Shown one piece after another: positions 26,124 through 35,114 of a DNA stretch of 37,200 nt; the stretch's first letter is position 1; each line of letters begins with the position of its first letter. This DNA comes from Rikenella microfusus. Lineage in GTDB: Bacteria > Bacteroidota > Bacteroidia > Bacteroidales > SZUA-534. The notes beneath the pieces are model-generated. The model was not told the origin of the DNA. It saw only the letters and a list, made by a program, of their open reading frames with translations, and did no database searches. Location of the stretch: assembly GCA_020719105.1 (NCBI GenBank), contig DYQV01000001.1:1-37200 (forward strand), read 5' to 3'. The position numbers and the translations under genes were made by a program.

Positions 26124-29096
26124 TTATTTTTTAACGAATTGGGTCGTACCCTGATGACCACCTGAATGAATGGTTAAAAGATAGGATCCTTGCGGCAAAT
26201 CATTAATATTCAATTTGATACTGTTTTGCCCTTCCCACCTATTTCCTAAATCAGCAGTTTTAACAATTTGTCCATTCATTTGAATCACCTCAATTTTTAC
26301 TGGAGCACCTTCAACCAAGTTAAATGTAAGGTTTAACTCTTCAACAACTGGGTTTGGATAAATATTCAAGGCTATTTTTTTTATTAAACCGGCTTTCCTT
26401 GAACCATCTAATTCAGGAATACCAACATAATTTCTGTCTTCAAAAAATCCCCGGCCATGAGTGCCAATATATATTTTACCATAATTGCTACCGTTCCATT
26501 TAGGCATGTCCAATTGGGTAATTTGGAATACAGGCGCTGCACCAACTCCATCCTGATACGATTCCCAATTAATAGTTGAACCCGAAGATACCTGACTAAA
26601 AATATCTGTGGTCTTGAATGTTCCCATATCAGTACCTATAATAACCGTACTTTTCACTTTATCTAATTCAAATAGTGCACAATAAACGGGTACTTTCGGT
26701 ATGTTCCCGGTAATATCGGTGAAATTTGAAAAAGAACCACTAGCAGCAATTGTTGTAGCTTGAGTAGTTAAATAAATATAGCTTTCATTACCATAATTTC
26801 CTAAGGTAATAATCAAATTATCCGAATTATTTGGATCACAGGCTATACCTGTTATGGACCGGGAACCAAATCCCCCAATTTTAGTTAGCACTGTTACTTT
26901 AGTTCCGCTGGCACTTGGTAAATAACTAGCATTATTGTTGTTTCTGGCTTCCTTCAAATTTGAGAGGCGATATATTTCATTTTCACTGGTTGAAAAGAAT
27001 AAGTTATTTCCATCCATTGAAAACTTCATTTGAGTAACATACTCTTCGGAGCTCATTGTATTATTTTTAAGCGTTTTCCACCAATCTTTATTTGAAATGG
27101 TTTTATTCCAATTGGCAGCAAAAGGGGTAACCCAAACCTCCCTTTTCATCCCTAACGCAAACAAAGCTCGATAATTATCTCTATAATTGATGGTATCTCC
27201 CTCTTCATAAGTTTTATCCATGGTAAAAATAATAGGAGCTTTGTTAACGTTATAACTTGGAAAAACTACGGTAGTATCTTTTGGATATCTTTTTTTTGCA
27301 ATAAATTTAACCGTATCGGTTCCAATCGCATCATTATCAGTTTCCCAATAAGCAATGGGTGTGACAAAAGAAGCTTCTTGTTTGGATGGATCCCAAGTAT
27401 CAGCTGGTACCCAATGAGCATCTATTATATCAGAGTTATAAAAGGTATTCCAATCACCGTACTCTTTGTCATTATTACGCCATAAGCCTCCAAAATAAAT
27501 AGTTCCATAAGCAATTGCGGGGTTAATTTGCGACATAACGCTATGTCCACCATCTCCACCTAGCATTTGGAATCCATTTAAATCGGAATTACCAAAACCT
27601 TCAACAATCAATTGAGTTCCATTATCCTGAGTTCCACCCAGCAAAAAACCATAACTATTCACCGCTACTGAATAAAACTGAGTCACATTGTAGTTTTTAT
27701 TCATCGTTTTAAACTGATATTTAATCCCATCCTTACCTAAGAAACCTCTGGCAATACCTCCATCACTTCCCACAAACATTGTTTGTGGATCTTTGGGATC
27801 AAAAACAAGGGCGTGTTGGTCGGCATGAACATACAAAGGGTTTAATTCATACATATTCCAAAGAGTTACCTGGCTCCATGCAAAAAGATCGCCCGTATTG
27901 GCAGCTTTTCCAAACCAAATATCCAATCCTCCAATAAATACTTCCTTATTATTAGCTGGGTTCACGGCAATGCATAAATCATAGGTTCCTTGTGAACCAA
28001 AAGGCTGGAATAAGGCAGAACCTCCTTTACCAATAACTACCCAATTATCGCCTCCATCAGCGGATTTGTATATATTTCTTAATTGGCCTACATGTGTTAC
28101 CACGGCACAAAATACAACTTTCGGATCTTGTGGTGAATAAGCAAATTCCATTCTACCAACATCGGAAGTGGTTATTAAATGACCGTTTTCTGGATTTTCC
28201 AAATTATCAGTACCTGACTTATCCAAAAAAACCGTTGAACCTGCCTTTTTTACAAAACAGTGCTCTCCAACACTTGCAATAACAGAACCATCAGTAGCAA
28301 TTTTAACATCAGTAGCCGTTCTATTATCATAAATGCTTAATTCCAATGGTGCAGGATTCCAAGTTGTACCCCCATTGTCTGAAACTTTTAACCCTTTATC
28401 GGTTGCAGCATAGATTAAGTCAGGATTGACTGGATCGGCTGCCATTTTATTAACTAAAATAAACGCCGTATCAACAGATGGTTCTGTTGAAGCAATTTTT
28501 GCAAACGACTGCCCGCGGTCGCTTGATTTCCATATTCCGGATCCTAAAATCATTGGGGTGTGAGTATTTTCTCCATGGTTTCCAGCAAAACCTTCACCGG
28601 TACCAAAATAAATATCACCGTTTGCCGCCTGACATATCGACACTATGGCTAAGTTTGCAAAATCTTCGGTGGTGGCTCCATAATATTGCACTGACTCCCA
28701 ATATTGCCCTGCCGAAGTAGATTTCCAAAGGCCTCCAGCTACCCCTCCGGCAAACATTATGTTTGAATTATCCTTGTCAATCAATAAAGCTCTGGTCCGG
28801 CCTCCAACATTGTCAGGCCCACGGTAAACCCAAGCATCAACTGCACTCTTTCTATTTGATATTTCTTTAAGTTGATTCTGAGCCCTTTTAATATCAGCAA
28901 TATCAATGGTTTTTGTTTCCTGATTTGCGCGGATATTCATAATAAATTCAAAAGCTCCTTGTGCACTATTTGCAATTTTGTTCTGATAGCTTCTTGATTC
29001 AAAGCTTCGAACTGTTTCCTTAGCAGATGATAGAACGAATGTAATTCCTATCACCACGACAAGGAACATGCTTAAATATAAGTATTTGTTTTTCAT
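26124..29096 (-). CDS. Large secreted BNR/Asp-box (sortilin/GH74-like beta-propeller) protein with a T9SS type-A C-terminal sorting domain
   Basis: N-terminal signal/anchor. Asp-box repeats are GGLWKSTSAGQYW, GIWKSSDRGQSF, LKVSDNGGTTW and IYKSADGGDNW. The C-terminal ~80 aa (LNIYPNPVVEELNL...LPQGSYLLTIH...) match the Por_Secre_tail pattern. Confidence 0.85.
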   Translation of the reverse strand: MKNKYLYLSMFLVVVIGITFVLSSAKETVRSFESRSYQNKIANSAQGAFEFIMNIRANQETKTIDIADIKRAQNQLKEISNRKSAVDAWVYRGPDNVGGRTRALLIDKDNSNIMFAGGVAGGLWKSTSAGQYWESVQYYGATTEDFANLAIVSICQAANGDIYFGTGEGFAGNHGENTHTPMILGSGIWKSSDRGQSFAKIASTEPSVDTAFILVNKMAADPVNPDLIYAATDKGLKVSDNGGTTWNPAPLELSIYDNRTATDVKIATDGSVIASVGEHCFVKKAGSTVFLDKSGTDNLENPENGHLITTSDVGRMEFAYSPQDPKVVFCAVVTHVGQLRNIYKSADGGDNWVVIGKGGSALFQPFGSQGTYDLCIAVNPANNKEVFIGGLDIWFGKAANTGDLFAWSQVTLWNMYELNPLYVHADQHALVFDPKDPQTMFVGSDGGIARGFLGKDGIKYQFKTMNKNYNVTQFYSVAVNSYGFLLGGTQDNGTQLIVEGFGNSDLNGFQMLGGDGGHSVMSQINPAIAYGTIYFGGLWRNNDKEYGDWNTFYNSDIIDAHWVPADTWDPSKQEASFVTPIAYWETDNDAIGTDTVKFIAKKRYPKDTTVVFPSYNVNKAPIIFTMDKTYEEGDTINYRDNYRALFALGMKREVWVTPFAANWNKTISNKDWWKTLKNNTMSSEEYVTQMKFSMDGNNLFFSTSENEIYRLSNLKEARNNNNASYLPSASGTKVTVLTKIGGFGSRSITGIACDPNNSDNLIITLGNYGNESYIYLTTQATTIAASGSFSNFTDITGNIPKVPVYCALFELDKVKSTVIIGTDMGTFKTTDIFSQVSSGSTINWESYQDGVGAAPVFQITQLDMPKWNGSNYGKIYIGTHGRGFFEDRNYVGIPELDGSRKAGLIKKIALNIYPNPVVEELNLTFNLVEGAPVKIEVIQMNGQIVKTADLGNRWEGQNSIKLNINDLPQGSYLLTIHSGGHQGTTQFVKK

Positions 29097-29230
29097 GATG
29101 TTGTATTTTCAATCTTCAATAGTTTCCATTTCAATTAAGGCTCACAAGATAATGAAAAATAAATTAACTATAAAAGGTACCTATTCAGCAACTACAAATG
29201 ATAAACCTATTTAGCAGCATAAAAACCGCG

Positions 29231-30001
29231 TTATTTATTTTTTATTCCTGTTTCCTTTTTAGCATGTGGGTTATAAATCCGACCAAATCGGTAACTTATA
29301 AAAATAGATAGGAAGTAAAATTTGTTTTGATTGTTTGCCATAATCTCAACTTTTTTAGGATAACAATCAAAGGTAATCCCGCATTCTAATGCATTAACTA
29401 TTAAATCACTCTTACTAAACTCAAAACTGCCTCCAATTTTGGCATACAGACCAGGGAGCACTGAAAGCTCATCAAATCCTTTAAAATAGCTCGCTCCACC
29501 TAAAATGTTGGATCCTTTTCGAACCAAACTTTCAAAATTTTCTATACGTATCGGATCCGTTCCCGGTAAGGTTGTATTTACAGTATAATAATAAACGGGC
29601 TTAAGAAAACCAAGAACCGGTCCTAATTGATAAAACCACCTGATTTCAATTCCCCCTTTATCTTTTTTATCATAAAGAGTAATTAGATTGCCATATCCAA
29701 AGCGGAAATTTAGAAAATCGTTTTGCTTGCCAAAAACAAAACGACGATAATCGGGATGGGAGGTAAATTTTTTCTCCTTTTGATCTTTAATGGAAACCCA
29801 TTCAATGGTGTACATGGTCTTTCGATGAATATTTTTCATCTTACCATAGGAATAACCGAATCCCCATCCATTGCTATTTAGGAGAAAATCAAAAGTGTGT
29901 TCATTTCTAATTAATGCTTTCTTTTCGTCCGATATATCTCCTTGAGCATTAACATTCAGAAATAAGCAACACAAACACAGAAAGGGTAATACATACTTCA
30001 T
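29231..30001 (-). CDS. Secreted protein of unknown function, possibly an outer-membrane beta-barrel
   Basis: Signal peptide MKYVLPFLCLCCLFLNVNAQ. The sequence is rich in alternating aromatic/Gly beta-strand-like segments (GWGFGYSYG, FRFGYGN, ISYRFGRIY). No family is recognised, and it is not PorP/SprF-like at the N-terminus. Confidence 0.6.
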   Translation of the reverse strand: MKYVLPFLCLCCLFLNVNAQGDISDEKKALIRNEHTFDFLLNSNGWGFGYSYGKMKNIHRKTMYTIEWVSIKDQKEKKFTSHPDYRRFVFGKQNDFLNFRFGYGNLITLYDKKDKGGIEIRWFYQLGPVLGFLKPVYYYTVNTTLPGTDPIRIENFESLVRKGSNILGGASYFKGFDELSVLPGLYAKIGGSFEFSKSDLIVNALECGITFDCYPKKVEIMANNQNKFYFLSIFISYRFGRIYNPHAKKETGIKNK

Positions 30002-30031
30002 AAAAAAAATAAACCTCCATTCAAAGAGGTT
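30002..30031 (-). terminator. Rho-independent terminator after the mini-lipoprotein ORF
   Basis: The minus strand has stem aacctc / gaggtt with an 8-nt loop, followed by tatttttttt. Confidence 0.7.
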
Positions 30032-30056
30032 CCATTTAACGAATTGTAAAATTTAG

Positions 30057-30182
30057 TTAGGCAGTTTGTTCAACCTCTGCGGGACTGGTTTGAGAATAGG
30101 CTGGACAATCGGCAGTTTTACATGAATTAAGCAAAACAATACCAAACAAAGCTATAACCATAAGGATAATTAATTTTTTCAT
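30057..30182 (-). CDS. 41-aa predicted lipoprotein (absent from the ORF track because it is under 60 aa)
   Basis: Hand translation gives MKKLIILMVIALFGIVLLNSCKTADCPAYSQTSPAEVEQTA*. It has an ATG start, a typical signal peptide with a lipobox-like LLNSC, and its own terminator directly downstream. Confidence 0.55.
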   Translation of the reverse strand: MKKLIILMVIALFGIVLLNSCKTADCPAYSQTSPAEVEQTA

Positions 30183-30262
30183 GTGTTTAAATTTTAATCA
30201 TTTACACCAATTTTTCACTCCGATTTTGCGATAAAAATATGAAAATAATATTCTAAATAAAA

Positions 30263-32365
30263 CTATTTTGAAAGCTCATCCAATAATATTACGTCAAAGT
30301 TAGTTTTTTCTTTTTGAACTTTAACAAAAGTAGCTTTAACTTTGTTCGAATCGGCTATCCATTTTTTAAATTTTTGTTCGTCACATTTATTTACCAAGGT
30401 AATAGCTTTCCTTTTACATATTGTTATCATAGTAGCTTCAAACTTTTCGGGATTTTTTTCGTTAACCGGAATTTGCAACATACATTCCAATGCTTTATCA
30501 AATTCATTCAAATTATAATGAACAATTGATTTATTTATCAAGGCTTCTTTATATCTGGGAGATATATTTAAAGCTACCTGATAATACTTTAATGCTGTTT
30601 GTTTGTCACCGGTTAAATCATAGCAAGTGGCCAAATTATTAATTACCTGTAAGTGATATGGATTAATTTTATACGCTTCTAAAAATGCTTGTTTTGCTCC
30701 TTCCAGGTTTTTTAAAGAAGTGAGTGCCACTCCCTCATAATATTTCATGGGAGTAGTAAAATTATCCAATGTATATAGCGTGTTTTCCACGCTGCGAGCG
30801 GCCCTATAAGTTAAATTGAAATTTTTGGTCTTTATCCCATATTTTATTGCCCTGGCAGCTTTTTCACCGGAAATAAACTGGTTAGCAGCCCATACATTCA
30901 AAGTAGTAAGAATGAGCATGAAAAATATAAGGGCTATTTTATAAGCTTTAAACGAAATTCGCTTTTGCGATTTTTCATCAGAAGGTATTAACAACAATAC
31001 TAACGCAAATAAAATGGCCAGCATTGAATTATGAGTTACCCGTTCCCGGGGAAAAGAAACAAACATATCAACCATAAACCCTACTAGGAAAGCAAAAGCC
31101 AATGCTGAAAAGATTCTTACCGACCACTCATTTTGTTTTAGAAAATTGATAAGCGCAACGGCAAGTATTCCAATATAAATAATCATATAAAACAAAAAAC
31201 CTACAATTCCATTTTCGGAAAGTATCCAAAGAAAATCGTTGTGAGGCCTCTGAAAAAGCATGGTTCCATTCCTAATATCATGTTCAAAACGGTCGAGGCC
31301 ATATTTCGGATATTCAATCCACCATTGCCCTCCTCCAATTCCAATAATTGGGTGTTCCTTTACCAGTTCTAATGTGTTTTTCCAAACATACACCCTAGTT
31401 TGGGTAGATGTTGGCATTGGAGTTCCATAATCTTGCTGTAGGGTTGTTTCAGCATCAATTACTTGAGATATTTTATCGGACACCATTTTAGCCAATTTGA
31501 CATCGGACTTCATTAAAACGAGATAACCTGATAAAAGTATTACTATGGGAACTAACAGCAGAGCGATTTTAAAACTATTCGGCAATAATTTTCCGGTTTG
31601 CTTGGACCTCATGAAAAACAGATAAAAATAAGCCAATAAGCCAATAACGCTAAATGCTAAGCCAGTTGCTCCCCAGATACCCTTTGAGGCTAAAATAAAA
31701 ATAAAAAACAAAGCTGAAGCCAATACCAATCCGGAAATAATGCGCCAAACCTTTTTGTAAACTATCAGACCATAAATTGAGAATGGCAAACTCATGAATA
31801 GGAAGGAAGAAAACAACAGCACATTCGCCAATGTGGATAAAACATGTCCAATAGCTTGCCTAAAATAATATCCGTAATGATCGGTTGCCGCATTAAATTG
31901 CGTAAAATCAGATCGCCACAATTGCACAAACCCTATAGCTAAATAAAATCCCGCCATTATTAACACTGACTTTATTAAAACATCCTTCCCCTTAGAATTA
32001 TTCCTGAGCAATTGATATAAATAAAAAAACAGTAAAATATAGGTAGTTTCTTTTGTTAAATGAAAAACCGCTTCTTTGTAATTAATTACACCCATCGAGG
32101 ATATGACATTAATAAATAGGTAAGCTAAGGCCGAACCAAATATTATTTTATCAACTCTTGTAAAAAAGAAAATAACTTTATTGGAAAATAGCCGGATGGA
32201 AAAAGCAATGGTAAGTAATAAAATAAAAACTGTCAAGGCTAAGAATCTTGAATAAAGCACCGGATCAAGCAATTGGGTAGTATAAATAAATGGTAAGGTC
32301 AGCAAAAAAAGTGAAACCAATACCCACTCAATATTCCCGAAAAACCGCTCAACGAATCGCATCAT
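30263..32365 (-). CDS. O-antigen ligase/polymerase-like (Wzy_C domain) polytopic membrane protein with C-terminal TPR repeats
   Basis: More than 10 hydrophobic segments and the Wzy_C-type motif RPHNDFLWILSENGIVGF. The C-terminal ~200 aa have TPR character (AKQAFLEAYKINPYHLQVINNLATCYDLTGDKQTALKYYQVALNISPRYKEALINKSIV). Start is uncertain: ATG at 32365/32362, or TTG at 32413. Confidence 0.8.
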   Translation of the reverse strand: MMRFVERFFGNIEWVLVSLFLLTLPFIYTTQLLDPVLYSRFLALTVFILLLTIAFSIRLFSNKVIFFFTRVDKIIFGSALAYLFINVISSMGVINYKEAVFHLTKETTYILLFFYLYQLLRNNSKGKDVLIKSVLIMAGFYLAIGFVQLWRSDFTQFNAATDHYGYYFRQAIGHVLSTLANVLLFSSFLFMSLPFSIYGLIVYKKVWRIISGLVLASALFFIFILASKGIWGATGLAFSVIGLLAYFYLFFMRSKQTGKLLPNSFKIALLLVPIVILLSGYLVLMKSDVKLAKMVSDKISQVIDAETTLQQDYGTPMPTSTQTRVYVWKNTLELVKEHPIIGIGGGQWWIEYPKYGLDRFEHDIRNGTMLFQRPHNDFLWILSENGIVGFLFYMIIYIGILAVALINFLKQNEWSVRIFSALAFAFLVGFMVDMFVSFPRERVTHNSMLAILFALVLLLIPSDEKSQKRISFKAYKIALIFFMLILTTLNVWAANQFISGEKAARAIKYGIKTKNFNLTYRAARSVENTLYTLDNFTTPMKYYEGVALTSLKNLEGAKQAFLEAYKINPYHLQVINNLATCYDLTGDKQTALKYYQVALNISPRYKEALINKSIVHYNLNEFDKALECMLQIPVNEKNPEKFEATMITICKRKAITLVNKCDEQKFKKWIADSNKVKATFVKVQKEKTNFDVILLDELSK

Positions 32366-32504
32366 AAATTTAAATATATTGGAAGAATATCTGTTATTAA
32401 AAATCGATGTCAAAGATGAATAATTTTCATTTAAAAACCTGAAATGTAGCTGTTAATTTCATGTACACGTTAAAAACTATATTTTTTATTCCACGAAAGG
32501 GGGT

Positions 32505-32512
32505 TACCTTTG
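32505..32512 (+). promoter_or_regulatory. -7 promoter box (TAnnTTTG) for the nitroreductase gene
   Basis: tacctttg is an exact match, 14 nt upstream of the ATG at 32527. Confidence 0.55.
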
Positions 32513-32526
32513 CAAAAACTAAACAA

Positions 32527-33270
32527 ATGAATACTTTATTTAATCACCGGTCCATTCGAAAATACAAAAGTACGCCCATAGAAGCTACTCTATTGGAAAA
32601 GATATTGAATGCCGGAACGCGGGCGTCAAATACGGGAAACATGCAAGTATATAGCATAATTGTTACTACCGATGAGTTAATCCGGAAACAACTTTGGGAA
32701 ATTCATTTTAAACAGAATATGGTATTGGAAGCTCCGGTGCACCTAACTTTTTGCGCCGATATAAACCGGTTTAATCAATGGTGCCAGCAACGCAATGCAT
32801 TTCCGGGATATGACAATTTTTTGTGGTTTTATAATGCCTCTATTGACGCTTTGTTAGCGAGTCAAAATATTTGCATTGAAGCGGAAAATAATGGACTTGG
32901 AATATGCTATTTAGGTACCACTACTTATGCTGCTGACAAAATAATTCAATTGTTAAATTTGCCCATGGGAGTTGTGCCGGTAACTTCAATAGTTTTAGGT
33001 TACCCCGATGAGAATCCTAATTTAACCGATAGATTGCCACTTGAGGCTATTTTGCATTACGAAAAATATCAACCTTATTCTGCCGCTGATATTGATAAAC
33101 TGTATGCTGACAAAGAGGCTCTTCCGGGTACAAAAAAACTGATTGAAGAAAATAAAACGGATAATTTGGCGCAAATTTTTACTGAAAAGCGATACAAAAA
33201 AAGTGATAATGTCCATTTTTCTAATTCTTTTTTACAAACAATTAAAAATCAAGGGTTCATGAACCAATGA
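32527..33270 (+). CDS. NfsA/FRP-like NADPH-dependent nitroreductase family protein
   Basis: Starts MNTLFNHRSIRKYK (HRSIRxF/Y motif) and has a nitroreductase-fold core. Start is set at 32527, because the track start at 32461 would include the promoter box. Confidence 0.85.
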   Translation: MNTLFNHRSIRKYKSTPIEATLLEKILNAGTRASNTGNMQVYSIIVTTDELIRKQLWEIHFKQNMVLEAPVHLTFCADINRFNQWCQQRNAFPGYDNFLWFYNASIDALLASQNICIEAENNGLGICYLGTTTYAADKIIQLLNLPMGVVPVTSIVLGYPDENPNLTDRLPLEAILHYEKYQPYSAADIDKLYADKEALPGTKKLIEENKTDNLAQIFTEKRYKKSDNVHFSNSFLQTIKNQGFMNQ

Positions 33271-33291
33271 AAAAAACACAACTGAATTTGC

Positions 33292-34971
33292 ATGAGTAAT
33301 CACCATTACTTTAAAAATATTCCCTATTTATTGCCTTGCTTGTTCCTTTTCTACTTAGGAATTTCGAATTCTTTCGCACAAAACAACCGCCTATCGGTAA
33401 CCATAAAATGTTCGGATTGCGATTTTAAAAAATTTCCTAATCAATTTAGCTCAAAAGAAGCCTTGTTTATTAAATTAAATGAAGTAAAACTATCCGAAAT
33501 TAATAAAGGCTATCTTGCATTTTCTATTGATTCGGTAATTTTTGATTCCACAAAAGCCACCATTTTTGCTACAAGGGGAAATCAGTACTTTTTAAACCAG
33601 TGGAACTGTTTACCTGAAACCTATAACCCCTTTCTACCGAAATTAAGAACTCCAACACCATATAATTATAAAACCCTTACTAAAATAGAAGACAAAATAC
33701 TTACCGGACTATATTCTGAGGGGTTCGCTGCTGCTTTTATTAAAAAGGAACTTGTTACAGAATCAAATTCAATTAGTGTCACTTATCAAATACAAAAAGG
33801 CGAAAGATTCACTTTTGATACATTGCATGTTTTGGGTCCAAAATTAATTAGCACAAATTACATTCTAAACAAAACAGGTATTTTTCCAAATAAACCGTAT
33901 GAATTAAAAAAGGTGAAAAACAGTAGTTTTCTTATCAATCAATCGGGTTTTCTAAAATTAGATTCGGTAGCGCTTAGCTTTGAAGGAACAAAAGCCCAAT
34001 TGCAGTTATCAATGAAAGCTATTCAACAAAACAGTTTTAGCGGAATTCTTGGAGTTCAAACCAACCAGAAAAACGAAACTGAAATAACAGGAACCGTTGA
34101 ATTACAATTAGTTAATTCGCTAAAAATGGGCGAAAAAATGTATTTAAATTGGAAAAAACCTGCCCCTGCTTCGCAAGATTTGCAAGTAAATTTTCAATTT
34201 CCCTATTTATTTAAAAGTCCGATTGGTATTGTAAGTTCCGCTCAATTTGAAAAGCAAGATAGTTCATTTTCAAATACGGCCATAACAGCAGGAATAAGCA
34301 TACCAAGCCTTAATTTAGGTGAATTAGCACTGCTGTTGCAATGGAAAAACACCTCCACCGCCCAACAAGGTGTTTCAATTTACGGAACATCGGAAAGTCA
34401 TTTGTATGGATTGAGCTACAAATACCAAACATTCAGTCAAATGCAACTAACAACTAAAGGAATTGGCATAGACGTGTTTATACTGGTCGGCAATAAAAAA
34501 AATATTAAAAAAGATACTGAAAATTACCAATCGTTTTCATCTGAAATTCAAGAAACCTTAGAATGGATGATTCCAGCGCCACTAGGAGCTTTCTATTTTA
34601 AAAATCAGACTGGGTTACTAAGCAACGATTCATTGTATAGCAACAATTTATTGCGCTCCGGAGGATTTAATTCCATTCGTGGATTCAATGAGAAAAGCAT
34701 TTATTCTAAGTCATTTACCTATTTTACGGGAGCCTACCGGATTATTTTAAAAAGTGCTTCCTACATGGAACTATTTTACGATTTAGGCTGGTTTAACGAA
34801 CCCACAACTACAAATTTTACTACAATTAAAAGGGGAGCCATTGGAATGGGCATTAATATAAAAACAAAAGCAGGCATAGCTTCGATTGCTTTTGCCATAG
34901 GAAAAAAAGACCAAGAACCATTTGCCTTAAATGAGGGCAAAATACACCTTGGGTTTACCAGTTTATTTTAA
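33292..34971 (+). CDS. Omp85-family (BamA/TamA/ShlB-like) outer-membrane beta-barrel protein
   Basis: Signal peptide ending SNSFAQ, a POTRA-like N-terminal region, the loop-6-like motif NSIRGFNE, and a C-terminal aromatic signature GFTSLF. Confidence 0.7.
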   Translation: MSNHHYFKNIPYLLPCLFLFYLGISNSFAQNNRLSVTIKCSDCDFKKFPNQFSSKEALFIKLNEVKLSEINKGYLAFSIDSVIFDSTKATIFATRGNQYFLNQWNCLPETYNPFLPKLRTPTPYNYKTLTKIEDKILTGLYSEGFAAAFIKKELVTESNSISVTYQIQKGERFTFDTLHVLGPKLISTNYILNKTGIFPNKPYELKKVKNSSFLINQSGFLKLDSVALSFEGTKAQLQLSMKAIQQNSFSGILGVQTNQKNETEITGTVELQLVNSLKMGEKMYLNWKKPAPASQDLQVNFQFPYLFKSPIGIVSSAQFEKQDSSFSNTAITAGISIPSLNLGELALLLQWKNTSTAQQGVSIYGTSESHLYGLSYKYQTFSQMQLTTKGIGIDVFILVGNKKNIKKDTENYQSFSSEIQETLEWMIPAPLGAFYFKNQTGLLSNDSLYSNNLLRSGGFNSIRGFNEKSIYSKSFTYFTGAYRIILKSASYMELFYDLGWFNEPTTTNFTTIKRGAIGMGINIKTKAGIASIAFAIGKKDQEPFALNEGKIHLGFTSLF

Positions 34972-35114
34972 CATAACAGCAAATTAATAAAAAAATAACT
35001 ACTGAAAATATAGTTTTACCGAGAAATAAGTATCTTCACAAAATCAATAAAACCATCTACGGATAAAATTTATATCGTAGCATCTAATATTCTGTTTTTA
35101 AAAATATTACACGA

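Noticed and set aside
33267-33299. 10-codon mini-ORF (MKKTQLNLHE*) overlapping the nitroreductase stop and the Omp85 start
   Set aside because: It is too short and is most simply a chance ORF in a 21-nt intergenic junction.
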